DNA of 64,000 bases from Mobula hypostoma (Eukaryota), in contig NC_086097.1 of the NCBI RefSeq assembly GCF_963921235.1, positions 134,914,001-134,978,000 of the forward strand. Reading direction: 5' to 3'. A program made the translations under genes and the position numbers. Under the pieces are notes generated by a model. The model did not search any database and had not been told where the DNA came from. It saw only the letters and a program-made list of their open reading frames with translations. Shown piece by piece: positions 24,185-38,235 of the stretch; within the stretch, counting starts at the first letter, position 1, and each line of letters starts with the position of its first letter.

Positions 24185-26993
24185 GTAAGAAACATTGAAA
24201 CATTCAACACTCTCTAAAGGTGGCAAAAATGCTGACAACGATGAAGACTACTTGTTTATGTCAATGCTCATACCTATAAAAACTTGAAAAATGGACAACT
24301 AACAAGTTGGTTCATAAAATCAAACCTTGTTTCCTTAGCTAATATGAAACTAATATCCATTTTTACTGTTTATCCAAAACTTTATTTGTAGAGTATGGAT
24401 TTTAGAATAGAAAGAATGACTGACGCAGGAAGAAAGGATGTCATTCAGATTCCTGGGTCCACATTGACCTTCAATGAGAAGTCTCAGTTCCTCCAATTTC
24501 CCTGTTGTTTCTAAAATTACAGCAAACAAGAGAGCTGGTCAGATATGACATTAAAACCTAACCTGACCCCAACACTACCATTGCCAATCAGAGCACACTC
24601 TGACCAGACCTAAACCGTTCCGAATCAACCTGGTCGATGACCAGTCCAACCCAATCATTAAACAATTCTGAAGTCTAGATTTATGGTCTACATCTATGGT
24701 CTTATAGTCTAATCCAACCTGACTGAGGCTAACTTAGATACAACCCAAACATGGCCGATCCAAAAGCAATCCAACCTGACCACAGTCAGTTGAGAACAGC
24801 CAGACTTGAAAACGGACAATTCAATCCTAACACAGCTAGGGTCAGTCCTGGCCCAACCTGGAACAAACTAGTGCATGCTTTGTTATCCAGTTTTCTTTTG
24901 GAAGATCCTTTTAATAATGCTTCTATCATTCATTCGAGCAGAATTGTCCCAAATCACACCAATTGATTGTGTAAAATAAATGTAATTATTTTATTCTCTG
25001 GTTGACCTGACAAATTTAGAAATAAAAATAGGGAAGGTTGGTCAGCAGGCAAAGGGAAAAAGTAAGTTAAAGCTTCAACAGAAGTCAGTCAGAGAAGCTG
25101 TCTCTATAACAGAGCTAGCCAGGACAAACCAGCGCACAACCCAGAAGAAGCGGCCATGTGATACAAGCAGAAGTTAGGGATCAAAGTTTTGATATGTTCA
25201 CCAAAAGTCAGCCAGTTGTGGTTCTGAACAAATACTTCCTAAGCAAGGCCTTGGGGGTGGTGATGGTGGGGTGAATACTAAGGAAGGCTTGGTGGGTGTG
25301 AGAGGTGGAGGCAGAGAATGAGAAGGGGAATGGTTTCAGTCAGATTTTTGTACGAGGTCCCTCTGTTGGTTGTACTGGGTTTTCTACATAGTACACAAGC
25401 CAGGGCAGTAGAATATGGAGAGAAAGACGTTGCCCATGTAGCAGGCTGCCCACTTCATGCAGCTGCCTCCAAAGGGATGGAAGAGACTAATAGAGTTCGG
25501 CACCAGCGGCGTCGCAGGAGTTGCCAGCCAGCATTGAAATCAATGTAAAACTGTCTTAGGGATTCAAGCTCCAGATTATTCCCTGGGATTTACTTCCGAA
25601 TCCTTCCCCATGAGTGGGTATAGCCGCAAGGCAGTAGAGGTTTGAGATCAGAGTTTTCCTTCTTCTAGATGAGCTGCCAACCATGGCAGACGTGCCCCAT
25701 CTGCCCAAAGCGACTGGTTTTAAGGTGCCAGTAACCCGCCTTTGCTCATTCTTCTGTCAGTAGGAGGAGCTCCTCTGGGCTTAGTAGCTAAGCCACATGT
25801 GAAGGCCCGGAGCTGGACTTGGGTGTCAGAGGCTATTTGAGATGCACACCATTGTGAGCATTTAATAGGTAGAGAGCTTATCTCCACTGCCAACCTTAAA
25901 GAACCTTAAGAAAGATTTTTGTATGACGGATATTAAAAGGAGGATTGAAAAATATGTTCAAGACTTGGAATTTGAAAACAATGTGGAGAATTCAGCAGAA
26001 AGGAAATGAACAGAGATAGATTCTCACTTCTCAGAACCTAGGACGGTGTTGAAACCAGTGGATAAGAAACTACTCCTGATTGAAGTTTGACTGAGTGCCT
26101 GCTTTTCTACAGAATTAGCAGGTATACTCTAAACAGTAACAAAATGAATGTAAACTAACATTACGTTGCTCCAGGAATAGGAATGAACAGTGAGAAGGAG
26201 ACCATTCAGCCCAGCAAAGCTTTTCTGGCTATCCAGACTCACACTACTTCCCCATTCTTGCTCCATGGTGGTGTGGGTTACAGCCAGTCAGGTGGACTTG
26301 TTTAAATATATTGAGGGCTTCTGCCTCCACCATTTCTTCAGGAAATGAGTTCCAGACCCTCCCTTGGCTCCCCTTTAAGTGCTTCACCAATCACTCTAAA
26401 TCTATGTCACCAATTATTAATATAATTTGCCACACAAGTAGTTAGGGTAGGAAGGAAGGCATATGTCATGATTGCCTTCAATGGTTGGGGCATTCAGTGT
26501 AGGAGTCAAGAGGTCATGGTACAGCTACAGTATGTAAAACCTTGCGCAGGCCAAATGCAAATTTCTTTTCTCAAAACTATTGATTTTACCTGATTGCCCG
26601 ATTAGCGGATGGATGTGGCAGATTCAGAAAGGATGCAGAAGTGGTTTAGTAGGATGTGACTCAGTTATGCCTGCCTCTTCGTTGGCTACGAAGAACAGTC
26701 CAAGTTCCAAGCCTTCCCCAGTATCGCTCCCCAACTCTTGCTCCGCTACAGTGATGACTGCATTGGTGCTGCTTCATGCACCCATGCTGAGCTCCTCAGT
26801 TTCAACAACTTTGCCTCTAACTTCTGCCCTGCCCTTAAATTCACCTGGTCCATTCCTGACACCTCCCTCCCCTTTCTTGATCTCCCTGTCTCCATCTCTG
26901 GAGACAAACTGTTGATCGACATATTTTATAAACCTACCAATTCCCACGCTTATCTTGACTATACCTCTTCCCACCCCATCTCCTGTAAAAATT

Positions 26994-27234
26994 TAACGCA
27001 AACAACAGGAATTCTGCAGATACTGGAAATTCAAGCAACATACATCAAGGTTGCTGGTGAACGCAGCAGGCCAAGCAGCATCTATAGGAAGAGGTGCAGT
27101 CGACGTTTCAGGATCCCTTACTCACTCTTCCTTCAGTTAGTCTTGACGAAGGGTCTCGGCCTGAAACGTCGACTGCACCTCTTCCTATAGATGCTGCTTG
27201 GCCTGCTGCGTTCACCAGCAACTTTGATGTATGT
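26994..27234. mobile_element. Mini Penelope fold-back insertion
   Basis: Arms 27037-27112 and 27160-27235. TSD TCCTGTAAAAATT at 26981-26993 and 27235-27247. Confidence 0.85.
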
Positions 27235-27682
27235 TCCTGTAAAAATTACTCAGTTCTTTCACCTCTGCCACACCTGTTCCCAGGTTGTGGCTTTCCTTTC
27301 CAGGATGTCAGAGATGTCCTCCTTTTACAAATAATGGGATTTCCTTTCCTCTACCACTGATACCGCCCTGACCCACATCTCCTCCATTTCCTGAACATCA
27401 ACGCTCACCCCCTCTTCTCATGGCCTTTGCAGTAACAGAGTTCTTACCACCCCATGAGCTCCACATCCAGCACATCAACCTCTGCAACTTCCACCATCTC
27501 CAGAGGGATCCTACCACTAAATATATCTTTACCTCCCTCACCCGCTATCCACCTTCCACACAGGTCATTCCTTCTGTGATTCCCTTGTCCTTTCGTCCCT
27601 CTCCACTAATCTCCCTCCCAGCACTTATCTCTGCAAGTGGCTTAAGTGCTACACCTGCCCATTCACCTCCTCCCTCGCCTCC

Positions 27683-27718
27683 AGTCCTGAAGAAGGTTCT
27701 CAGCCCGAAACGTCGACT
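27683..27718 (+). ncRNA. Minimal hammerhead ribozyme motif with complete core on the ANXA13 sense strand
   Basis: AGTC CTGAAGA AGGTTCTCAGCCC GAAA C GTC GACT. Confidence 0.65.
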
Positions 27719-29089
27719 GTTTCTTCGTTTCCATAGTTGCTGCCTGACCTGCTGAGTTCCTCCAGCATTTTGTGTGTGTTACCAGGATGTTGTCTGGATT
27801 AGAGGGCATGAGCTATAAGGAGAGCTTGGATGAAATTGGATTCTTTTCTCTGAAATTTCAGAGGCTGAGGGGAGACCTGAGAGAAAAATCATAAAACTAT
27901 GAGAGGCATAGAGAGGGTAGACAGTAGAATTTGTTTCTGAAGGTAGAAATGTCAAACACTAATGGGCAGAGCTTTAAGTTAAGGGGGAAAGTTTAAAGAA
28001 GTGTGGGGCAAGTTTTTTTTTTACGTAAGAGATGTAGTTGTGTGGAACGGCTGCTGGGGGTAGTGGAGGAAGCAAGTACAATGGGGACGTTTAAGAGCCC
28101 TGTAGATGGACACATGAATATGCAGGGAGGGAATGGAGGTATATCAGAATCCTTTATTATCTCCAAGTATGTGGACACATACAGGGAATTTGATGCCAGT
28201 TTCCCTGAGCTCTCCCGTACAGAATCAAAAAGCAAACAATAGTGCAAATAATCGTGAACTATATACGATGAGGTATACCTGTGTATGTACAGGTAGACTT
28301 GGTTTATAATAGACTAAAATTCAAGTGTTCATAAGACTGATGGCAAACAGAAAGAAACTGTTCTTGTACCTATTTGTCCTGGCGTACAGTGATCTAAAGC
28401 GCCTACCAGAAGGAAGGAGTTAGGTCAGGTGATGTCCAGGATGTGCGTCACGTACAGGCAAAAGGGATTTAGCATCATGTTCAGCATAGACATTATGGGC
28501 CAAAGGGCCTGTCCCTGCTCTGTGTACTCTATGCCCCATGTTCTAAACATACATTATATTACTCTAGGAGTAGGAATGTGTAGCAATGAGGCCATTCACC
28601 CCAGCGTGCCACTTCCCAGTTATTGCTCTAGGCTAGGGTCATGTGGATTAGAGTTCATCAGATATATATGTTTAAATGTGACCTGTGTTTCAACCTCCAT
28701 CGTTCTTTCAGGAACTGAGTTCCAGACCCTTCCCCACCCGCATATTGTGGGGTGAAAAAATTCCTCCTCAACTCCCCTTCAAGTCTTTCCAGCGATCACT
28801 TTGTTAAGATATGGATATCTCTGCTACAAGAAATAGATCATAGAGCCATACAGCAAAGAAATAGGCCCATCGGCCCACCAGTTCCATGCTGACCAACAAA
28901 CGACCAAATATAATGGCCCCTTTTACTAACATTTGGTGCTTCCCATTTATAGTGTCCAGGCCTTTCATAATCTCCACTTCAATTAAAATTCTCCTTCGCC
29001 TCCTCTGCACCAAGAAGAGATCCCAGTCTATTCAAGTTCTCCACAAAGCTAAGATTCAGCAGAATGGAAATTGTCACTGTAGATCTCCC

Positions 29090-29445
29090 CTTCACCCTTC
29101 CAGACCTGCAGGACCATGCCAGAATCAAGTGATTCTTGAAAGATCATGACCAATGCATCCGTCATCTCTTCAGCAACCTCTCTCAGGACTCTGGAATGTA
29201 GTCCGTCAGGCCCGGGTGACTTATCCACCATAAGGCCTTTTGAGTTTTCCTCTGTAATAACAATGGCACTCACTCCTGCTCCCTGACACTCACAGACCTC
29301 TGGCACACCACTACTAGTATCTTCCACAGTGAAGACAAATGCAAAGTACCCATTAAGTTCATCTGCCATTTATTTGCCCCTATTTCTACCTCATTAGCAC
29401 CATTTTCCAGTGGTCCAATATCAACTCTCATCTCCGTTTTACTTT
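29090..29445 (-). mobile_element. CR1 ORF2 internal fragment
   Basis: LNGYFAFVFTVED and [18 protein letters not shown] motifs. Confidence 0.8.
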
Positions 29446-29592
29446 TGTCCTGAGATGATATACAATACACATGGAAGTCTTTTCAATCCAATCTAAGTAG
29501 AGGGACCAGCTGCTCACTAAGGAATAAAAAATTTAAATAAGAATAAATTAGCAATGTCTTAGCTAACCTTATTGATAACTTTGCAAATGCAG

Positions 29593-29661
29593 GCCAACCG
29601 AGACGAGGGGTCTGAAGTCAATGAAGGCCTGGCTGAACAAGATGCCAAAAAACTGTTTGAG
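29593..29661 (+). CDS. ANXA13: Annexin A13 coding exon, 69 bp (ANRDEGSEVNEGLAEQDAKKLFE)
   Basis: atgcAG / GTaaat boundaries. Annexin linker and start of repeat III. Absent from the ORF track. Confidence 0.93.
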
Positions 29662-29763
29662 GTAAATAAAGCTTCTGTTTGACATAACTAAACCTCAAAA
29701 CCATGCAAGAACAAAAAGTTGCACTTTGCAATAACTTTTGAAACCAAAAATTTCTGTTTGCAG

Positions 29764-29865
29764 GCTGGTGAAAAACATTGGGGTACAGATGAGATGGCAT
29801 TTAATACTATTTTATCCAAGAGAAGCTGTATGCAGCTAAGAGCTATCTTCAAAGCTTATGAAACA
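29764..29865 (+). CDS. ANXA13: Annexin A13 coding exon, 102 bp ([34 protein letters not shown])
   Basis: tttgcAG / GTgagt boundaries. Repeat III GE..WGTDE motif. Confidence 0.95.
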
Positions 29866-31123
29866 GTGAGTAACAATCACAACTTGTGTCATTTGGAAGC
29901 AAACATGAAGACTAGGAAATAGAAACATGAATAGGTTACCTGGTCCCTCTAGCCTTCCCCACTGTTCAATGTGGTCATGGCCAATCTATGCCGGCCTCAA
30001 CTCCTCTACTGCAATAATTTCTTTGCTTGTCTGTCCTGGATGTTTGAAAGCGAATATAGTCAAGGACGGTGAGATGTTCGCTCAAAGCCAATCGATTCAG
30101 GAGCTAAGATCAGAAAGTTTTGAACATTTCTCAGTAAAAGATTCTTGAACCTTTAACCTAATAACAAGAGGATATGAGGTCAAGGCAGGACATGCACATA
30201 ACTATCTTAGTCATTACTATGGCTGCATAAAGAGCGGAGTGAACCATAGTTGGCAACTGAGCCTCAGGAGTTGTATCCTGGTTCTTCATCATTCTCTACC
30301 CTAATGGCTAACAGATCATTAAAAATATTAAACACTTCTAAATAATATTACTTTTATTAAAACTACACCTAGTGTGTAAATCAATTACATGTGTTAATAT
30401 TACTTAAAATGAAGAGGGAAAAGGACACTGATTTTCAGTCACTGTTTTATTGGTCATCGATCCTATCTAATGGGACTGGACTGGATTCACCAGCTCTGGC
30501 TGGAGTGAAGCAGAAGGGTCAGGTGCCAAGCGTGTCTGGCCTCTCAATTCAGTACATTACCAAATTCCCTAGACCTAGTGCCATGTCTACCGGTGGAGTG
30601 CAACATCTGCTGTGTATTTCATAGCAACATAAGAAACAGATCATGAGATATGGGAGCAGAATTAGGCCATTTGGCCCATTGGGTCTGCTCTGCCATTTCA
30701 TCATGGCTGATCCATTTCACTCTCAGCCCCAGTCTCCTGCCTTCTCCCCGCGTCTCTTCATGACCTGACTAATCAAGAATCTATCAACCTCTGTCTTAAA
30801 TATACCCAATGACTTGGCTTCCACAGCCACCTGTGGCAACGAATTCCACAGAATTTGGAAATAGTATTCAGAAAAAGGAGCAAGAGTTGACCATCCATTC
30901 CATTGGAACCTGTTCCACCCTTCACCTAGATCACGGCTGATTTTCTGTCTCAGCACCAGAAATCTGTCAACCTGTGTTTTAAATGAACACAATCATTAAA
31001 TCACCACCACCTTCTTAGATAGAGGATTCCAAAGATTCAGCACTCTCTGTGGTGAAGTCATTTTTTCTCATCTCAGTCCTAAACAGCCAACCTTTTATTC
31101 TCAAACAATGCTCCTTCATCCTA

Positions 31124-31265
31124 GCAACGCACATAACACGCTTGAGGAACTCAGCAGGAAACAATCAGTCAATGTTTCGGGCCGATGCTGCACGACCTGC
31201 TGAGTTCCTCCAGCGTGTTGTGTGTGTTGCTTTGACCCTAGCATCTGCAGAGTATTTTGTGTTTA
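31124..31265. mobile_element. Decayed mini Penelope fold-back, with the tail on the right
   Basis: GAGGAACTCAGCAGG pairs with CCTGCTGAGTTCCTC, followed by the AGCATCTGCAGA tail. Sits inside a CR1 remnant. Confidence 0.6.
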
Positions 31266-31427
31266 CCCCTTGGTCCTAGACTCTTCAGCCAGGGAATACA
31301 TCTTCCTGCGTTCAGTCTCCCCTTGAGATACTTTGTAAGTTTTGACGAGATCTCCCCGGATGCGTTAACTGGTTGGCAGTCCCACAAGGAAGCTGGGCTG
31401 TTGCTGATTTCCCTCTTATTTACACAG

Positions 31428-31503
31428 CTCCATGGCTCAAACATTGAGGAGGTGATCAAAAGAGAAGCATCTGGTGACGTGAAGAAGGCTTACCTGACAA
31501 TTG
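31428..31503 (+). CDS. ANXA13: Annexin A13 coding exon, 76 bp (LHGSNIEEVIKREASGDVKKAYLTI)
   Basis: tacacAG / GTaaat boundaries. Phase 0/1. Confidence 0.94.
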
Positions 31504-34019
31504 GTAAATAGCTGAGTAATAATTTGTAATAAATCAAGACTGTTTTATTTTGAGGCCTCAAGTGTGGGATTAGTTTTAGTCCCTTTTAAAATCTTTCAAT
31601 AATATGGCACACGTTAGTGTCATACCCTCAGGTATGAGTATGTAGTATTGCACAAGTTACATCGGCATGGGGCCATTCAACCCTTCTATCCTATACACCA
31701 TGCTTTTGGAACAGGCTACTCTGTATCACAACCTCTTCTCGCTACTTTGGTTCTCTTGATCTAAAAACTTCTAAATATAAATCTATCAACTTGAAAATGG
31801 AAATGACAAAGGACTTCAACCTGAAATGTTAACCCTACTTCTCTCTCGACAGATGCTACCTGATCTTCTGAGTGTTTCCAACATGTCCTGTTGTCTTTTT
31901 TTAATCACGCTCTCTTTGTTCTGCTAAATTGGTCCTCTGGGCAGCTAAAAGTATTTCTATTATTGATGTAACAATGGGAAATTTCAAAGGGAGAAAAAGC
32001 AAAAAGGCTGCAGATGTTGGAAATGTTAAATAAATACCAGAAAATGCTGGGAAAAATCAATGAGTCAGGCAGTGTCAATGGAAAGAAAAACAGTCAACAT
32101 TTGAAGCCCTTTCATCAGAATGTAAGTTCAAAGGTCACTTGATGTGGTTATGCTTTCCTCACAATTTCAGAATAACTTATTCTTTTCCCTTTCAACAACA
32201 GACAAATGGTGGGGAATGTAGCACGATATACCAGAATTATCTGATTATAACTAGTCAATTCTCCGGAGCAATGAGAATGACAAGATGCATTGAAAACTTG
32301 GCAAATGTCCTCTTCCAGTTCACTTCCAGTGATGTTTGACCTGGGTAGAATTAACACTCCCTCAATGTGTTACAAAGAATTTACAGTAAAATACAGACCA
32401 TTCGTTACATGAACAAGGGGGAAGAGTTCAGTGACAGGGCGAGAAAAGGCAGGTGGGAAGGGACATCAGTTAACACTGCTCCTTTAAAACTCCAGGCGCC
32501 TGGGATCAATCCTCACCTTGGGTGCTGTCTGTGTGGAGTCTGCAGGTTCTCCCTGTTAACAAATGGATTCACTCCTCTGCTCCCTGGTTTCCTGCCCTGT
32601 TTGAAAAGCAACAAACAATCTGCATAACCACCTCAGCAGGTTTGTGGGTAGAAAAGAATTTTTGACTATGTCTCTATGACTTTTCGGGTTGAAACCATGC
32701 ACCAGGACTGAGAGTAAAAAGGGGTGATGGCCGATATAAAGAAGAGAGGGAAAGGGCTGTTACAGAGGCCAGTAGATGACTGGTGGACCAAGACTTCAGC
32801 ACTGGTAGCCTTTGTCTTCCTGATTATCACCTGCCAGCCTCAGTCTTCACCTTCACCCTCCAAACCTCTCATCTGTCTTTATTTTTCTTGCTTCCATCCA
32901 TTACCCACCTGCCTCCTGATTCCACCAGCCCCCTCCCCCCGCACCTCACTCCAATGACCTCTCATCGATTATCTCCTCAGTCCACCAATCACTTACTGGC
33001 CCCTGTATTACCATTCCCCCTTTCAATTTTATTCCGTCGCTTTCCCTGTCCAGGATTTCGATCAAAACATCAGCAATAACCTTTCCTCCCATAAATGCTG
33101 CTCAACCTGCTGAGTTCCTCCCGAATGTTTGCTGCTCATTATTCGCAGTCTCCTGTATCTGCATTGGAAAGGAATGTAGATTGCTAGTTTAGGTTCAAGT
33201 TTACTTGTCATTCAATCATACATGAATACAGCCAAATGAAATAGTATTCCTCTGGGGCCAAGGTGCAAAACGCATTACCAACAGCACACAGCACATAGAA
33301 CATATAGCACCTATGGTTCTGACAGCAGAAAAATACACGGTCACAAACTAAAATAATATAGCCCAAGTCCCAGAGTGGCATGGCCTGTAGATTGCTGGTG
33401 TGTGGGATGCTGTCTGCTCTAGCTTGTTCTTCCACTGACTGAACACTAAAGGGCAGCACTGATGGAGGGGCTATCTCCCAAACCACTATTGAATCCAGCA
33501 TGCCCACTGAGGCCTCTGCTCTCTCCCACACTGCCACATGGGCAGCAGCATCAGGCGACCCCGCGGCATGAGGACCTAGTCCACGCCGACACCAAGGCAA
33601 TGCAGCCCCATCGCCATCGGCCTCACAAGTGAATCAGTAAACCAGGCTTGCAATATTCTGCATTACCAACGCCCAATAGGGTCTTGCAATCACAAGAAAA
33701 ATGTCCAAGACAATCACTCGCACCATGCAACGCCTTGGCACAACAATGCTACACAACAAGTCCAGGCAACAACGCAACAATGGGACACAATAAGTCCAGC
33801 TCCATTGCTAGCAAGCAGCTCGCTGATGGTGTAGACCTGCAGTATTTGACGTTCTTACTATTCAGCAGTGTCTTGCCATCGTAAAAAAGACATAAAGGAC
33901 AACCGATTACACCTTTAATTAGACCTGGAAAGGCTGCTGCATCTGAGTGCACTGCCATCCAACCATAAATCTTATCGGTAGCTTAATTAACTACTGTACA
34001 TTGCCCCCAGTTGTCAATA

Positions 34020-35826
34020 CAGTGCCTATATAAAAAAAAATCCCCCCTTGGAAGTTTTCATGTTTTATTGTTTTACAACATTGAACCACAGTGGATTTAA
34101 TCTGGCTTTTTTGGCACTGATCAACGGAAAAGACTCTTCCATGTCAAAGTGAAAACAGATCCTTACAAAGTGATCTAAATTAATTACAAATATAAATCAC
34201 AAAATAATTGATTGCATAAGTATTTACCCCCTTTAATACGGCACACCAAATCATCACTGGTGCAGCCAATTGGTTTTTGAAGTCACATAATTGGTTAAAT
34301 GGGGATCACCTGTGTGCAGTCAAGGTGTTTCAATTGATTGTAGTAAAAATACACCTGTATCTGGAAGGCCTAACTACTGGAGAGTCAGTATCCTGGCAAA
34401 AACTACACCGTGAAGACAAAAGAACATTCCAAGTAACTCTGCAAAAAAGTTATTGAAAAGCACAAGTCAGGTGATGGATACAAGAAAATTTCCAAGTCAC
34501 TGAATATCCCTTGGAGCACAGTTAAATCAATCATCAAGAAATGGGAAGAATATGGCACAGCTGTAAATCTGCCTAGAGCAGGCTATCCTCAAAACCTGAG
34601 TGACCGTGCAAGAAGGGGACAAGTGAGGGAGGTCACCAAGAGACCTATGACAACTCTGGAGGAGTTACAAGCTTCAGTAGCTAAGATGGGAGAGACTGTG
34701 CATACAGCAACTGTTGCCCGGATACTTCACCAATCACAGCTTTATGGGAGAGCAGCAAAGAGAAATGCACAGTTGAAAAAATCTCACATGAAATCTCAGC
34801 TCGAGTTTGCCAGAAGACATGTGGGAGACTCTGAAGTCAACTGGAAGATGGTTCTATGGTCTGATGAAACCAAAATTGAGCTTTTTGGCCATCAGACTAA
34901 ACCCTATCTTTGTTGTAAGCCAAAAACTGCATGCACATCATCAAAAACATATCATCCCCACTGTGAAGCATGGTGGTGGCTGCATCATTCTGTGGGGGTG
35001 CTTCACTGCAGCAGGCCCTGGAAGGCTTGTGAAGGTAGAGGGTAAAATTAATGCAGCAAGATACCATAAGGTAAAGGAGCAGAATTAGACCATTTGGCCC
35101 ATCAAGTCTACTCCACCATTTCATCATGGCTGATCCAAATTTCCTCTCGGCCCCAATTTCCTGCCTTCTTCCTGTATCCCTTCATGCCCTGACCAAGCAA
35201 GAATCTATCAAACTCTGCTTTAAATATATATAAAGACTTGGCCTCCACAGTTGCCTGTGGTAAAGAATTCTATGGATTCGCCACCCTTTGGTTAAAGAAA
35301 TTCCTCCTCATCTCCATTCTAAAAGGATGCCCCTCTATTCCGAGGCTGTGTCCTCTGGCCTTAGACACTCTCACTATAGAAAACATCCTGGGGAAACACA
35401 GGGAAGTCCTGGAGGAAATCCTGATGCAGTCTGCAAGAGAATTGCAACTTGGGAGAAGATTTGTTTTTGAGCAAGTCAATGACCCCAAGTATAAAGCCAA
35501 AGCTACACGGGAAAGGCTTAAAAACAACAATGTTAGTGTCCTGGAGTGGCCAAGTCAAAGGCAAGACCTCAATCCAATTGAGAATTTGTGGCTTTTCACT
35601 CACGATCCCCATGCAATCTGACAGAACTTGAGCAGTTTTATAAAGAAGAATGGGGAAAAATTGCAGTGTCCAGATGTGCAAAGCTGATAGAGACCTATCC
35701 ACAGAGACTCAAGGCTGTAATTGCTGTCACAGGTGCACATACTAAATAGTGACTTGAAGATTCAGTGTTGTAAAACAATAAAGCATGAAATCTTCCAAGG
35801 GAGGTGAATACTTTTTATCGGCGCTG
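34020..35826 (+). mobile_element. Full-length decayed Tc1-family DNA transposon with a nested CR1 3' fragment (about 35064-35390)
   Basis: TA|CAGTGCCTATA...CCCCCCTTGGAAGTTTTCATGTTTTATTGTTTTACAACA, with its reverse complement ending GGCGCTG|TA. Transposase motifs WSDETKIELFG, TVKHGGGCI.LWGCF, QVNDPKY and [13 protein letters not shown], with stops and frameshifts. Confidence 0.93.
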
Positions 35827-37374
35827 TATATGGCTGGGAAGGGGAGAGCTGATAGTAATACAAGATGGGATTATTGTAGATTGGTACATGATGGCTAGCA
35901 TAGACATGATATGCTGAAGGGCCAGTTCCATGTTGTATAACGCTATATTGCTCTCAGACACTATGAAGCTTTGACGAGTTAGCATCAGACGCATTGCATC
36001 ACTTGCAGACTTGTATTCACAGCACATATTTGTACAATGTGGTCGTTGACATAAATGATGCATTTCACTCTATGTTTTGATGTACATGTGACAAATAAAT
36101 GTGATCTTTCATCTTTAAGCTCAGTGGGTAGACCTGTTGAGCTAATAGGATGTTCTTAAGCTCTTCATTTCACATAAATTTTCATAATAATAGCAAATGC
36201 CAATGGACAAAGTGTCTAATGGAAGTGTGAACTGGTAAGGTGCAGAGAAGGGTAATAATTCTAACACTTGGGGATTGGTAAAAGAGTAGATATTGAGGGA
36301 GAGGATGCAATAGATTGCTCTGATCTTCGGATGTAAATGTGCTAGAAGATTGACAGAATTCCCTTGGTGAAAGCTGCTGTTCCACCACCTGCACCATCTC
36401 TCAAGGAATCTTTGGGATTTATTGCAGGAAATTGGCTAGGCTCCTCCTGGAACTGCAGACAGATATGTTTTAGTAGAAAATTTACTGGATCATTCACTAG
36501 TGGAACAACGACCAGTTGAAGGTGCTGAAAGGCGTCAGTGGATCAGTAGGTAGCATTCCATCTTCTGAGCCCCAAGATCATGAATTTACTCCTGGGGTTC
36601 CACACTTCTTCATGTAGTCTGTGAGTTCTCTCTCTTTTGGTGCCTCCCTTTCAGCCGTTAAAGGGTGCAAGAAAGCTTTATGAGGACGCTACTGGGAATG
36701 GATGGTTTGAGTAAAAGGAGAGACTAGATGAGCTGTGGCTTTTTACCCTTGAGTGTGGAAGGAGGGTGACCTTAAGGAGGCTGAGAAGGTGGATAGTCAT
36801 ATTCTTTTCAGGGTACAGGAGGGCATATGTTTAAGATGAGGGGAGAAAGATTTAAAGGGACTCTGAGAGGCAACTTCAGATGGTGGGAGGTACATTAATG
36901 GAATGAGCTGCCAGAGGAAGTGGTTGAGGCAGCTATAATAACAACATTTCAAAGACATTTGGATAAGTACCGTTTATGGATAAGAAAAGTTTAGAGGAAT
37001 ATGGATCAAACACTGGCAAATGGGATTAGCTCTGGCAGCTTTGCCAGCATTCACATATTGGACTGTTTCTATTCCATATAACTCCAAGACTCTATGCGTC
37101 TATTTCCGTGGTGTGTGCCTCTCCCCCCCACCTCCCCCTCAGGCGTTCTCAAGACTCCATTTTCCCTCTGGGCTCTCCAACCATTCTCTCAGTCTCTCCT
37201 AGGGCTGGATGCCTGCCCACCCAGTCTCAGACCCCTGATTCACCTATTCTGCAGCAGCCCCTGTTCACCAAGCCAATTCTTCATTGTTGTCTATCCATAG
37301 AAACATTTCACCCCCTTGCATATCAAGAACCTGTCTACCTCAGTGTTAAAAATACTCAAAAACTCTGTTCCGTC

Positions 37375-38235
37375 AATGCAAGAACCTTTCCCACCTTGTG
37401 GCATAGTGTGAAGTCAACAAGCTCTTCGATGTTAGCAAAAAGAAGCAGCCGGTTATTGACGTCAGGAAGAGGGGAGAAGCACACACCCCTCTTTGTGTTA
37501 GTGGTGCTGAGGTGCAGATGGCTGAGGGCTTCAAGTTCCTTGGTGTAAGTATCACCAACAATTTCAGCCATGTAGATTCTACACCTAAGAAAGCATGCCA
37601 GCACCTCTATTTCCTCAGAAGGCTAAGGAAAATTTCATGTCCCTGATGACTCTCACCAATTTTCACAGATGCACCTTTGAAAGCATCCTATTCGGGTGCA
37701 TCACAATTTGGTGAGGCAACTGCTTTGCCCAAGATCACCAAGAAATTTCAGAGAGTTGTGAACACAGCCCAGCCTATCATACAAACTAGCCTCCCCTCCA
37801 TTGACTTTGCCTCCTCTTCCAGCTGCCTAGTGAAAGCAGTAACATAATCCTGGAGCACCCCACCCACCTACCCTGATCATGCCCTCCCTTCCCCTGTCTT
37901 GTCAGACAATAGGTATAAAAGTTTGGGAGCACATAGAAACAGGCTCAGGAACACCTTCTAACTCATTGTTCTTAGACTCCTGAACAGACTTCTCATAGGG
38001 TAAAAGATGAACTCGTAATCTCCTGAGCAACCTTGCACTTTGTCAACCTGCATGGCACTCTCTCTGTAACTGCAACTCTACTGTATAAGATAGTAAAAAT
38101 AAAACAGATGTATATTCTGCGTTCTGTTTCATTGCTACTACCTTGCTGGTGATTATGCATGCACTGATCCATCTGGATTGCATGCAAAGCAAAAACTTTT
38201 CACTATATCTTGGTAATGTGACAATAATAAGCCAA
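37375..38235 (+). mobile_element. Decayed Rex1/Babar 3' fragment
   Basis: ELVVDFR-like, FKFLG and ESIL.GCIT.W.G remnants. 3' end TGTGACAATAATAA. Similar ends near 38640, 46220-46710 and 63320-63700 (-). Confidence 0.65.

Larger units (their letters stand above)
26655..27780 (+). mobile_element. Old Penelope-like element (RT remnant and pLTR) containing a younger mini fold-back insertion
   Basis: RYSDDCIG, LKFTWSI, LPFLDL and IFYKPTNSH.YLDYTSSHP are Penelope RT motifs. pLTR end near 27683-27780. Confidence 0.85.

Noticed and set aside
25430..25880. Possible RTE-related repeat
   Set aside because: It looks repetitive, but I could not support a family, boundaries or coding motifs from the window alone.
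9480..27174. Selection against active ribozymes on the ANXA13 sense strand
   Set aside because: There are too few copies, the 9508 change is an ordinary CpG transition, and a sense copy at 27683 keeps its core.
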